From Eledone cirrhosa (Eukaryota): 64,000 nt of DNA. The translations under genes were made by a program, and so were the position numbers. How positions within the stretch are numbered: the first letter of the stretch is position 1; every line of letters begins with the position of its first letter. Shown here piece after piece: positions 41,165-54,290 of this stretch. The stretch is taken from assembly GCA_964016885.1 (NCBI GenBank), contig OZ024750.1, positions 7,006,001-7,070,000 on the forward strand. The letters run 5' to 3'. The notes below the pieces were generated by a model. The model saw only the letters and a list, made by a program, of their open reading frames with translations. It was not told where the DNA came from and did no database searches.

Positions 41165-41612
41165 CACCTGGTTGTTGGGTGACTAAGATATAGCTTATAC
41201 AAAAGTATATTGAGTAATGTGACACCTTTTGTTGGGTGACTTTAAGGTATGTCTTATACAAAAGTATATATAGTAACCTGACACCTGGTTTAACACCACA
41301 ACCTTTTGTTAGGTGACTTTAAGGTATGTCTTATACAAAAGTATATATAGTAACCTGACACCTGGTTTAACACCACAACCTTTTGTTAGGTGACTTTAAG
41401 GTATGTCTTATACAAAAGTATATATAGTAACCTGATACCTGGTTTAACACCACAACCTTTTGTTAGGTGACTTTAAGGTATGTCTTATACAAAAGTATAT
41501 ATAGTAACCTGACACCTGGTTTAACACCATGACCTTTTGTTAGGTGACTTTAAGGTATGTCTTATACAAAAGTATATATAGTAACCTGACACCTGGTTTA
41601 ACACCATGACCA
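41165..41612. repeat. 77-bp minisatellite, ~5 copies
   Basis: aaggtatgtcttatacaaaagtatatatagtaacctgacacctggtttaacacc.. recurring at 41244, 41321, 41398 and onward. Confidence 0.93.
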
Positions 41613-41727
41613 GTTGATGGATGACTTTAGTATTGCAAGAATTCAAACCAGATCTCTGGGTTCAGTATTGTTTCCCCTACTTCCTGAGTCTCTTGGAGGC
41701 CCCGACACCAACTTTCCCTCCACTAAA

Positions 41728-41763
<36 letters not shown>

Positions 41764-41872
41764 AGATAAATTAAATTTCGTTCATGTAGATCATTTATTG
41801 AACACCCAATAAATTTCACCTGACCACTTCTTCCTGCCTAGTTCTCCGTTTTTCCTGGTACCATATTTATAC

Positions 41873-41904
<32 letters not shown>

Positions 41905-42559
41905 TATATATATATATACACACACACATACGTATACGATTGATGTTTCAAAAAGCCAGTACAATGCACTAGAAATATATAAAGGGCAAATAAAACAAAA
42001 TGTTTTACTCAGTATACTTCAACATGATATGTTGTAATTTAGGTTCGTGCCCTGATGGGTCACCACCTATACCTCTTTCTTAGTGAGACAAATACAGGAG
42101 AAATTCTTAGTAAAGAACAACTCACTGTGTATGGTAGAGAAGAACTTTAACTGTACCAAAGACTGTAGCTTAGTGGATACTTAAAGTGGCAGATGATGGA
42201 TAGCTTGTAACTCTAGCTAGCATGTAGAAAGATCGTTATCAAGGTGGGAGGTAGAAACTGTGTAGATAAGTGTACATCAGGGATTGGTTTTCAGACCCTC
42301 TTCTGTTTATTTTAGTTCTCATATGTCAAAACAGAGGAGTTTATAACAATCCACGGGAACACTTGTAAACCTATGACCTAGTTCCCCAACTGAATCTACA
42401 GAATACTTAAGGAGTAAATTCCAAAAATGGAAGAAAAACCTTAAATCAAGGCGTCATAAAGTAAATCTTGCAAAAGAAATAAGTTTTAGTTAACAAGAAA
42501 GAAGACAGGACTACTTCCATTTAGAAAGTAGCCATGCTCTATATGTAGAAAAGAAGTAG

Positions 42560-43277
42560 GTGGGTATACCAGCTAGTGAACATAATGGGTGCATAAGAGA
42601 CACTGAGATCACAGATAGGCTGTCAAAGACAAAGGACTTTGTATGTATTAGATGCACAGGAATAATTAACAATAAGAGCACCCATGAAAATCTCTGGAGG
42701 ACAGCCTACAAGTAGTTGGTAGCTTCTGTTACCTAGGTAGCCATATTAGCAATGGTGGGTGGCAGTCCAAAAATAGTGTAGCTAAAGAAACAGTGGAACA
42801 GATGAAGTTCAGGAGTTATTGCCTGTTAGAAAGAAGGGGATTCTCTCTCCAAGTGAAAATGGTAGATTGTAAGATGTAATATCAAGAGCAATGTTACTTG
42901 GCAGCATAATATAGGCAGTGAATGCAGAGTTTGTGGGAATACTTATAACAAAATACATACTAAAAAGAAATGAAGCAAGCATGACTGCTAGATATGTAGA
43001 GTTACTGGCTAGAAAGATGGAACGAAGATGAATGTCAGGAGAATTAGATGAAGTGTGTTAGAGAGAGAAGACTGAGCTGGTATGGACATGTGAGATGTGG
43101 ATGGTGGATAACAGTTAGGTTAAGTGATTTGAATAGAAGGAATATTTGGAAGGGGAAGACCAAGGAAGACATGGGAAGAAGTGGTGAAGGCTGATCTAAG
43201 AGACTGACCATCATGAAATAGATGAGAAAGGGACCCTATTAAGTGGTGAGACATTACACTGCAAATGACCCATGTTA

Positions 43278-43285
<8 letters not shown>
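42560..43285 (+). mobile_element. Degenerate RTE-type LINE ORF2 3' fragment
   Basis: Frameshifted motifs ..SFCYLGS.., RRLSWYGHV and GRGRPRKTWEEVVKADL. Confidence 0.7.
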
Positions 43286-43319
<34 letters not shown>

Positions 43320-43929
43320 ATATATGTACACACACACACACACAAATACATATAGATACACATGCACACAAGCATATACACTGACTTATACATACAATCA
43401 CATATATACAAACATATACATACGTAAATATATACATAATCATATAATATATATATACATACACACACATGCATATCATCAACATTGGCATCTGGCAGTG
43501 TTGAGAATTTGTTTCCTTTGAATTTATCTATATGTTCTGAGCTGTTGAAAACTATTTTGAACTTCAAAGAGCAGCACCAACAAAGACCTGAGAGAATTTG
43601 AGGGTTGCTGAGTCTAAGGATCTTTGCTGTTGATCTTCACACACACATACATACGCATGCATTATATATATATACACACACACATTCAAACATACATTTG
43701 CACTATATATATATTTATACACATACAAACACACACACATTGAGGTCAGCTACCCTGCAGAGATGAACAATCAATGAAGATTTTCTTTCACAATAATAAT
43801 TAAAAAGAAAACCTGCTTAGAAACCTACGACTCCTCTGCACAGATTATAAATTCACATTTCAGTTTTATACCGATACCTATTGGTATATTTAGCTATATT
43901 AGTAAATGTCTAAGTGGCAATTTTGAAAT

Positions 43930-44243
43930 GCTGGTACCTGCAGTCAAAGAAAGTGATCAGCTAATACAGCTGGTACCTTCAGTCAAAGTGACCAGCTAAT
44001 ACAGCTGGTACTTTCAGTCAAAGTGACCAGCTAATACAGCTGGTACTTTCAGTCAAAGTGACCAGCTAATACAGCTGGTACCTTCAGTCAAAGTGACCAA
44101 CTAACACAGCTGGTACCTTCAAAGTGACCAGCTAATACAGCTGGTACCTTCAGTCAAAGTGACCAGCTAATACAGCTGGTACCTTCAGTCAAAGTGACCA
44201 GCTAATACAGCTGGTACCTTCAGTCAAAGTGACCAGCTAACAC
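43930..44243. repeat. 35-bp minisatellite, ~9 copies
   Basis: Unit cagctggtaccttcagtcaaagtgaccagctaata. Confidence 0.93.
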
Positions 44244-44808
44244 ACACTTTACAAATACAATCTGGAAGTGAAACAGTAACAACATGCAAAACTTTCCTAA
44301 AGTTTAGCACATAATTCTTTACCTTCGTCGTTTGTTAGGAAGGATTTGTTACAAAGGATTCAAATAATAATAAAAATAACATACACACGTATACATATCA
44401 ATACATACATATATACATCAGTTTTTACATGACAGTGTAGGCTGGTCATATATGTGTCTATGTCTATGTGTGTGTGTGTGTATATATATATAAACACACA
44501 CACACACACACACACACACAAAACTTGAGTATGCATATATATTCACACACATACTAACATATATAAAATGTAAAGGGTGCAGCAGAAAAACGTCTCATAT
44601 TTTACACACCCTGTACATTTATATATATATATATATATATATTATATGCATACATCTGTATCAGCATACTTCAGTGAATCAACAGCTATAGACTCAAGCA
44701 TGAAGTTATATTGCGGATATATGTTTAGTAGATGGACTCCAGCTGCGAGTATTTATATATACACATATACACACATGTATATATATACTTGTGTGTGTAT
44801 GTATGTGT

Positions 44809-44856
<48 letters not shown>

Positions 44857-44877
44857 TTTAGTGTCCATTTCCCTGTG

Positions 44878-45290
44878 CAGCCTTGTGGTTAGTGAGTTGG
44901 ATTCGTGATGTCTATGGTGGGAGTGATTCCAGAACCAGGTGGTGTAACCACTTCACTTCATGCTACTTCAGTCAACTCAGCTGAAAATGAGTACCATCGG
45001 CAGCTGAGAGGTAACCCTACCATGGACTGACATCCCAGCCCTGAAGTACCATGAGCAGACGAAAGGTAACCCTACCATGGACTGACATCCCAGCCCTGAA
45101 GTACCATGAGCAGACGAAAGGTAACCCTACCATGGACTGACATCCCAGCCCTATAGTACCATGAGCAGACGAAAGGTAACCCTACCATGGACTGACATCC
45201 CAGCCCTGTGCTCACACTTCTCTAACAGCAATGAAACCTGGATAGGCTCTGACCTGATGAACCTTCTGGCTTGTTATAGACATTAACTTC
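44878..45290 (+). mobile_element. tRNA-derived SINE with internally amplified 55-bp segment
   Basis: Head ccttgtggttag..gattcc, central actcagctgaaaatgagtacc, tail gaaacctggatagg..cctgatgaacc; 55-bp tandem at 45010-45208. Confidence 0.55.
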
Positions 45291-45546
45291 ATGTACATAT
45301 ACAGTGTGTACACACACACATATATATATATATACACGCGTGTGTGTGTTCATACATACATACACACATGTATATATATATATATATACATATGTGTGTG
45401 CATACATACATACATACACACACACACGTATATATGTGTGTGTGAGTGTGTGCATACATACATACACACACATATATATATATAAGGAGAGCTAGCTAGA
45501 TATACACCGAGACAGCCTCCTACAAATGTGAGTGTAGAAAACAAAG

Positions 45547-47051
45547 CTAGTACTGATGACCTCTCATAATATGTGAATAGAAGCCATACTTGTTGGTACA
45601 TTGCTTACCACATACATTGCACACAAATGGGTCCGTATGACTGTGACAACCGATATGAATGGAGAAGAGGACCTCGTCTTCAAATGTAACTCCACAATAT
45701 ATACAACGGTTGTCTGTTACAGTCGCTGTACTCGGCTGTTCACTGCCTTCTGATTCACTTGCAATGGACACTGAACGAGACCCCGTTCGACGTGAAGGTA
45801 ACAGTTCACACTGCACAGCCCTTTCAATAAACTGACATCGCCACCGCTTTCGTTCAGGAGCTTCCTCCTGTTCGACATTGAAACCTTCATTTTTTACATT
45901 AGGCAGTACACACTGCACTGCCACACTTGATGTTTCTCTCTTCACCGAAGCAGAGTCCACATCTGTTTCACTACAGTCCTGTGTCATCGCTATATCACAC
46001 ATCACATTACAATTACCGATTGTTAGTGGATTCGACGTGTGATGTGTGTTCTCCATGTAATTTTTTCCAGAAGATGTTGAAGCTATGTTTTCTACACTTC
46101 CTATGCTTTCCTCAACTGGTGACTGGTATTCAAGTCTAGTATTTGAGGAATCTGCTATATCGCCAGTACTCTGGCTAACATTAGATACTGTTCTAAGCTC
46201 CATATTTCGATCAAAAGGATTACTAGAATTTTCTAAATAGTCCAAAGACTGTCTTTTTGATGAGGTTGATAAAACAGTCTGAACATCCCTTGAACAATCA
46301 GGGGTTAGAGTTCTCATGGGTGTAGCTGCTGCTGAACTTGACACATCAGATATTTCCTCACAATCGTAAGGTTCAACTTTAACTTTAACCTCGCCAGTAT
46401 CAGTTACCATGGGTATTGTGGATGACGTTGAAGAACCTATAGAGGCCGTTGAAGATGGAGGAAGTGTTGGTGTTGCTACAGTTGCTGCTGTAGTGTACAG
46501 ACTGGATGAGGTAATTGTGCTGGTAACAGGCACTCTTGGTGGGGGCGGGGGACTATTCATTATGGAGGAGACGATAGAACGGAGATAATTTGATGCTAAA
46601 TGTGTATCCTGATTAGCCTGTTGACTAGCTGATTCATAATGATTATATTGAGTGAAACAATTGTTAATTGGTGCAGCAGTTGATCGCCTGAACTGCATGT
46701 TAGGAGATTGTACAGTAGTTAACAACGTGTGTAAAGTACTCATACCAAGTGGGTTTCCGGAGGAGGCACTCTGGTCAACCCCAAAATGCCGAAATCGGAA
46801 ACGAGTCGCTTCATAAGTAGGGCCTGTAAAGGGGACTGTAGCTGAATCTGTTCCTGTACTATTAGGGGTATCTACATGCTCTTCACAGTAATGTTCTCGT
46901 ATTTTTCGAGGCAAGATTGTTGAATAAGTGCACTTGTCACATTTAAGGACATTCACAGGATTGTTCCTGAGGTGGAGACGTTTATGACGGCGGAAGTTAC
47001 TCTTGTCGTTGGTTGAATAATCACATAGAGGGCACTTCAGAGCTTTAACAC
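45547..47051 (-). CDS. Ikaros/Hunchback-family C2H2 zinc-finger transcription factor (Pegasus/IKZF5-like layout), last coding exon
   Basis: ttttcAG acceptor at 47053-47052 (phase 1). Contains two C2H2 fingers (CPLCDYS..HKRLH; CDKCTYS..HYCEEH), a long S/T/P-rich region, and the C-terminal pair CIYCGVTFEDEVLFSIHIGCHSHTDPFVCNVCGKQCTNKYGFYSHIMRGH, the Ikaros/Hunchback dimerisation signature (IHMGCH..DPFxCNxCG). The track ORF start at 47136 is intronic. Confidence 0.92.
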
Positions 47052-47471
47052 CTGAAAAGATGAAGGAAAAAAAAAAAAAATTATTTATATATAAAAGAAA
47101 AAAACCCCAAGATCTTGGATAACTTGTTAAAAACAATATTTAAATAAAAAATTATATTTTCATTGTATATTCTAAGTTGCTATATTCATAGTTGAGAAGA
47201 TAAAAAACAATTTTGTTAAAGCTAATGTCATCAGGTGAGAACCAGTAACACAGCAACAACTGGTAACTTTACTTCAGTAAAATAGCTGAAAGATTTCTTG
47301 CAATTTAGGGACAATACCAGCAAGAAGTGACCAATACAAATATACCTTATAAGAGGTGACAGGAAATTTCGCAACAAATTTCTTGTTGCATGATGCAAGC
47401 TCTATATGAAGTAAGGTCCCTCATACTAGCTGAAGCAAAATTAACTATTTAAAAGTGTTTGACCTAGCTGT

Positions 47472-47502
<31 letters not shown>

Positions 47503-48135
47503 CAAGCATGTTGTAAAGAAATCTAAAGCCAATATCAAAAGACATTGGCATCACACTGATACACACCCAGGAGGGCATCACAAATAGTTATTGGAATCAT
47601 CTACTTGGGTGGAGTCTAAAAATAAATAAAAAGAAAGAACAAAAATAGAATAAAACCATCAAAATGCTGAATATTTCAAATATAGGAAGCCAAAGAATAG
47701 AATATTATCCTCCCATTTGAATATCATGTATATCATTACATGTGTACACTAGTGTGTAGGTTTATTTGTGTACACACACATGTAGTGTGTATGTGTACTA
47801 GTGTACACATACAGATATGTAGTGTGTATTGGTGTACACGTACAGATATGTGGTGTGTAATGTATTGGTGTACACATATGTAGTGTGTATATGGAGTGTA
47901 AACATACATACATGTAGTGTAGTGTACATATACACCTATGTGCACACATATACTGTATTTGTACACTAGTGTACACACATATACAGACATTTTAAAAATT
48001 GGTTCAGTAAGCATTGAAGAAGAAAGAGTAAAATATGTGAGGCAGTGGTTCTTGAACTTTTATCTCAATAATTTGACAAATATAGAAATAGGGCAACATT
48101 CACAATCTATAATGTTTGTGTATTATATAGAGTAA

Positions 48136-49293
48136 CTAGCAGCAGGACCCAGCGCTGCACGGGGTAGGAAATGTGAAATAGCAACACACATATGCAAAGA
48201 TTGAGGAATGTAGCTGTTTATTTTTTGAATTCCCTCATCATTCTCAGGGAATGATTGTTCATCTACTGGAAACGTAGGACACCAGCAGGCCCGAATCGTG
48301 AAGCATCTGCATGCATGTGCAAAATCTGAAGAAAATCAGCTGGATACTCTTTAAGCATACTAAATCTTAGAGTATGATTTTTCTTCCATTTGGAGAAAAT
48401 CAGTTAGGTACATTTCGAGTTTTATAGATTCGCACCCAGTCATCCGGACAGACATCATCAGTTATGTCTATTGCACCTGTATGCTGCATACTGTACAGAG
48501 TAAAGCCTGCAATACTTGAATAAGACTTGTCATGCAACCGCACTGCATGTTGGGCCTTCCCCACACGAGACCATAGCCTCTTCGTAAATCTACCCAATCT
48601 GATATAGACCGACCTGTTATATCAGATGCTGAACGCTTCGGAGTTACTATTGGTGTCACCGTGGAATTAGCATAACTGCTGCTCGGCGTACTTGCGCAGG
48701 GCGTTCATACTGCGGTGTAGGTGCAACAAAAGGGGTCTTAGTAGAAGTAGCACAGATGTGAGTTTTATGGTGTCAATAACACGGCAACGCACACAGGGCC
48801 CAGATTTGTGCGTGATGAAAGCACAAAGCGTCAACAGGGCGCTGACAAAAACTTTAAGGTCCTCCTCATTTCCTCAATCCCCTGAAAATGGTCCTACTTA
48901 AAAGTAAGTAAGTGTTGTGTAAATAAATAAACCAAATTTTTAACGAAATATTATACACTACTTACGATGTTTAAGTAGTGTTTATATTGAAAATGAAAAT
49001 GGCATGTAATGCCCAATGCTAATTTGCAAATTTCCTAGAAACCATTAATGGAATCGGAAATTTTTTTTGTCCACAACAATGCGAGGGGACTAATGTATGC
49101 TGCAAATTTTTAAGTTACGGTTTTTTGCCTAATACAGGCCCTAGGGCAGAAAAAGTTAATTTTTTTTTTAGCCCATTGCACTTTAAGAAATATAAGTAAC
49201 ACATGTGTAAAGTTTGAAAAAAAATTGGTAGGGTACTTCGAGTTTTAGGGATTTACAGACAGACAGACATCCTTTGTTTTATATATATAGAGA
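48136..49293 (-). mobile_element. Non-autonomous Helitron-like element
   Basis: The minus strand starts A|TC..tatatataaaac..(gtct)n and ends with the GC hairpin cccgtgcagcgctggg then CTAG|T. Confidence 0.7.
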
Positions 49294-50120
49294 TATGTAT
49301 TACATTATATAGAGTATTATATATTAAATTATATAAAGATTTAGATAAATTTGACATCTGAATTAAATAGTTTGTGTATTAAATTATATGGAACAATATG
49401 TATTAGATTATATTAATATGTCAATTTGACATCTGACTTAGAGGATTAAATTATATGGAACAATATGTCAATTTGACATCCGAATTAAAAAGAAGGAAAA
49501 GGAAAGGGATGGACAAAGAATTAAATTAAGTTAGAAAATGGCATAAAAATGTAAAAGAGAAATATAAGGAGGCAGAAATAGTGAATATTTCTTAATTTGG
49601 AGAGATTTGTCTTGCATTTCATGTAGAAGAACGTTCAAGAACCACTGATTTTGATGTGAAAAGGAACCATTTTCAAACAAGAATTGTCTCTCTTTTTTTA
49701 TTTTTTTATAAAAACAAGAATGTGAGACTTTAAAAAGAAACAAAAAAACATTTGATTATAAATCATACCATCAAACAGGTTTAATACAATTCCACACAAA
49801 CATTTGCAAGGTAAGTTACCTTCCTGAAGGCATATTTGGCTTAGAGCCGACACATTTAAAGAGCTGATAACTCAGAAGATGATGTGCCAAAATTTATAAG
49901 TTGTTTCTTTAAAGCACTACAGAAAGGTAAAACAAAATTTTGTTAAGGTGATTTTTAAAAAAATAATAAATAGGGTTAAAAAAAAAACAACAAAAAATAC
50001 TCAGGCTGTGGGCAGTGTCAATATTGCTTTTCGTCTCTAGAAGTGCAGTTATTTTACAACTTACTTCAACATCAGATACTCTTATATTTTTTATTCATAT
50101 GGTTGTATAATTCATTATAT

Positions 50121-50376
50121 AGGGAGAGGAAAGTCGATTAAATCGACCCCAGTTCATTACTGGTACTTTATTTTATCAACCCTGTAAGGATGAAAGGCAA
50201 AGCTTAACTTCAGCGGGATTTTTTATATTCTGAGTTCAAATCCCGCCGAGGCTAGCTTTGATTTTCATCCTTATGGGGTCGATAAAATAAAGTACTAGTC
50301 ATGCACTGGGGTCGATTTAATTGACTTTTCCCTACCCCAAAATAGCTGGCCTTGTTCCTAAATCAGAAATCATTAT
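50121..50376. mobile_element. Head-to-head inverted pair of octopus-type SINE copies
   Basis: 50121-50220 is a minus-strand copy and 50226-50376 a plus-strand copy of the same SINE body. Confidence 0.8.
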
Positions 50377-52133
50377 ATAAGTCCTAAAAAAATCATCTCA
50401 ATTATTTACAAATAGTTTCAAGACTTAAAAAAATTTAACTGGAATCTTGTCTCAAATGAAAAGTATAGAGAAGAACAAAGAGTAATTAACAGACTAATTA
50501 ACAAAGAGCAATTAACAACTCTACATTCTTACCCCATCATATATATAGAGAGAGATGGAGGAAAGAAGAGATGTATTAGAAAACTTCCTCTTCTGTAGCC
50601 AACAATACAAACAGTATTTGCTAAGTAGCTGTTATTAAGAATTACACACACAAAGTAATATGCTATATTCTTACATCAAATTAACTAGCATGACGCTTAT
50701 ACTGCAAGTATATAATAACATGCAATATTCCTATATTAACTTGTATTGGATTTCATTAAGATATTTAGAAGAATTATCCTTACATCTATATATCTTCAAA
50801 TACTATTAAGTGATATCAGGAAACTTGACACAATCAACTGGAACTATTTTAAATGAAGACTAAATAAAATAAATCCAACTTATTTCTGGAAATATACAAA
50901 TAAATTCACTAGAATTTTGCTTCCAAACCAAAGATTAAGGTTTAAAAAATAATATATATATATATATATATATATATTGTTATACTTTGGGAGGGTCATT
51001 GGCAACATGACCCTCCCAAAGTATAACAATATCGGTTTCAACACACGATTTCAGATAAAGAATCTTGCTAAACAAATTCAGAAGCGAAATATATATATAT
51101 ATATATATTTGATTAACCACAGCTAAATGTCTAAACATAACTAAAAAAATGGTAATATAAGACTAAATAAACTAAAAGTGAAGACAGTCATTGAACTCAA
51201 GCTTAACATTGAGTCTACTGAAGTATTTACTTAAAAGATGTACTGAGTGAAAGAAACAGTTGGTATCTCCATTAAAATTGTCAGTAAAACAAATGCAACA
51301 CACAAACTGTAAAAGGAAAAAAACAACAACAAAATCCATGCATTAAATAAATTCAATTGCATATCTGAATTAAAACAATTTTGACTGGAAATAAATGACA
51401 GAATCTCTTAGTCATGAATAATAATAATAATCACAACTGAACTATACAGTAACCAATATATAAAGAATGAACAGGACATGGTTGAGATATAACTATATTT
51501 ACCAATGATGTATTACTTAAACTGTCACAACTGATATTATATATTGTTTCAACACATGATTTCATATTAAAAACCTTGCAAAACAAATACATTGCCACTA
51601 CTGTCACAACAGAACTAAACAGTAACCAACAAATAATGAACAGGATATGATTGAGATATAACTATATTTATCAATGATGTATTACTTAATCTGTCTAAAA
51701 TATTTCTCTGAATGACAATAAACATAAAAATGGAAATCTATTTTACTGTAGACAGCTGTAAAATCTATGAGCTTGATGCTAGATTTTTCTTAGAAATAGG
51801 AAAGCAACAGAATGAGTAATCCCACCAAAAGTATAATCAAAATTGGGAACTTTGAAAAGGAGAAACAAAATCTGACAATCTATTGAAATAATTTAACATA
51901 ATACCACAGTAAGGAAACAACAGTTACTATTATTAATTATGAAATATGTGAGACATTGATATACCAGAGTGAGGACATAACAGTTTCTATTATAAAATAT
52001 GTTTGGGGACTCTGCCCCCACGACCCTCTCAGGAATAAGTGGGTGAAGAATAAGAAGAACTATGTGAGAGACATTGATATATTACAGTGAAGAAATAATG
52101 GTTACTAAGAAATCCAAGATATTACAGAATACA

Positions 52134-52692
52134 TCTATATATATAAAAGCAAGTCGGTCTGTCTGTGTACAAATACTAGGCTCCTTTTAACTTTTGAAGT
52201 GCTAGGCCGATTTCAACCAAATTTGGCACACATGTTGCTTATATGCCAGAGCAGGTTTTGGACAAAAAGAAATTTGAAAAAAAAAAAAAAAAAAAAATCG
52301 ATATTGGGGCCGAAAAATCGCCTTTTAACTTTTGAAGTACTAGGCCGATATTTCTATGTCCAGTGGATGGTCAACGTGATAGTGGCAGCGCCATCTTACA
52401 CATAGGGTTTAGTCTACTGAAGGACATACGGTGCGTCTATTCCATCTTTATCCTCTTACTCATACCTACTACAGCAAGGCCGGACCTGAAATCATTCACG
52501 TCAATTAAATCAAGCTACCCCATGAATTGTTTTTATGTTGCCGTTTATTTCACTCAATCATGTCACTGTACACCCATTTTGTTAAACTGTTTTTTACAAT
52601 TACATTTCAATTCTTTGCTCAACCTTTGGCTCTCTTTATACGGACAAACAGGCTGTCATTCATTTCCCGAGCAACATCTGTACATCTGCTAG
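52134..52692 (+). mobile_element. Non-autonomous Helitron-like element
   Basis: Starts A|TCtatatatataaaagc..gtctgtctgt and ends cccgagcaac..ctgCTAG; internal duplication ccttttaacttttgaagt(g/a)ctaggccgat. Confidence 0.65.
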
Positions 52693-53700
52693 ATTATTTA
52701 TAAAAGACCAAGGAAAGTAGAGATATCACACAAGAGTCACTGACATTTTCACAAGTAATTAATGTGAAAATTTGCAGCTAAATTAAAACGTATAAGTGAT
52801 TAATGCCAGAAACATTAGTTTAGGGGATAAATTAAATATGCCTAGTTCTATAAATACCAGTTGATGCAGTAAACTAAGTCAGTGAAATAATACTTATATT
52901 TGTGGAGATCATGATTTGTTAAGGTTTTGAAAACAGAAAATAAACTGTTTTACAGAAAAGAATTGTTTTAAAATATCCAGGTAACTAATTTGAATATGAT
53001 GTTTCCACAGGAGAATTTAGTATTTAGTCCTGAATTCCAGAAAAAAACCCAACAACAACGAATAATAAACGATGCAACTTTCAACACTTATTTCTCAAAA
53101 CTCTCTATCTACATAGGATAAATGTTTTAGAATAATGTGTGATATCACAATGTAGACTGCAGTTGTCATTTAGATGTGATATAATGTAGACTACAGATGT
53201 CATTTAGATGTGATATTGAGTGAACACGGTGGACCTAAGAAACGCTGCTATCATATAATGGAACTATAGCAATATTTGCAAAAAAAATTAAGTAAATGTT
53301 TTAAGTTAGCTTCAAACAGAACTGTAACAGGTCAAGAAACATTAAAACTAGCCATTTCTATTTTCACTATTTTAAAAAAAAACACTAAGCAAGATGCTAA
53401 ACATGCACAGACCATTTTGTTAAGTACTAACCACACCTGAGATAGTTAAGTACTAAACCACACCTGAGACAATAGTTTATTGAAGAAAACCTAGTAAATA
53501 ACACTCAGAGCTAAGTAAACAAAACAACAAAAACAAAATCAACAAAAAAAAACATCAAAAAGAACAAAAAAACAACAACAAGAAGAGGAATAAATAAGAC
53601 GAAAAGATAGAAAGAGAGGCTATTATAGGATGAGTATAGCTTGAAAGAGTGTAGCACACAACTCAAAGGTTGAGTGAAGAAAAAATTTCTATCTACTCAC

Positions 53701-54136
53701 CACCATGCTTGGGCATGTGGAGTTGGAGCTGTGTGTACTTCATTGTTGAAAAGTTGCAAAATCTACACTTGTAGAGGCGAGCAGCAATAGAGAAACCAGT
53801 TGGAGTGACAAGGTTCTCAGGTGATGACCTGTCCTCATTATAATCTTCCAATGGTGAAAAATCTCCCCGGTTCATTTCATACTCACTTCTGGTAGTATCA
53901 AAGTCACTGCGGCTGGCATAGTTCACCACATAGTGCTGGTCCTGTGAGGAATCTCCATCAAGTGTGATGGTCGGAACTTCATTCAAGCTGTTTTCTTCTG
54001 TTGCCGAAGGAATTTCACTGTTAACATCATGATGTGTCATCCTATTGGACAGTAGAAGTCTAGCAATGGTACTATGTCTCAGCTCAGGCTTGTCATCCCC
54101 ACTGCTATTATAGGGGTCTTCTTCCATATTGTCTAT
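53701..54136 (-). CDS. Ikaros/Hunchback-family zinc-finger gene, upstream coding exon (first finger)
   Basis: ttgtAG acceptor; in-frame ATG at 54127 (MEEDPYNS...); ends YKCRFCNFSTMKYTQLQLHMPKHG+G, GTGAGT donor. It joins in phase to give the linker HGGVKALKC; ~643 aa from this ATG. Confidence 0.9.
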
Positions 54137-54290
54137 CTACAAATACAGAATATATAACCCAAAACTATTGGTACTTCATTATTTCAGCAGATAAACAACC
54201 AACAAACAACTAACACATTAGTCCAGAAACATTTTCAAATGAAAATCAGTAAATTAGAAGACACGAGTCTAACATTCAAATAGATAACAC

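Noticed and set aside
39683-45601. Many YIYI/HTHT/CVCV ORFs
   Set aside because: Translations of (TA)n and (CA)n microsatellites.
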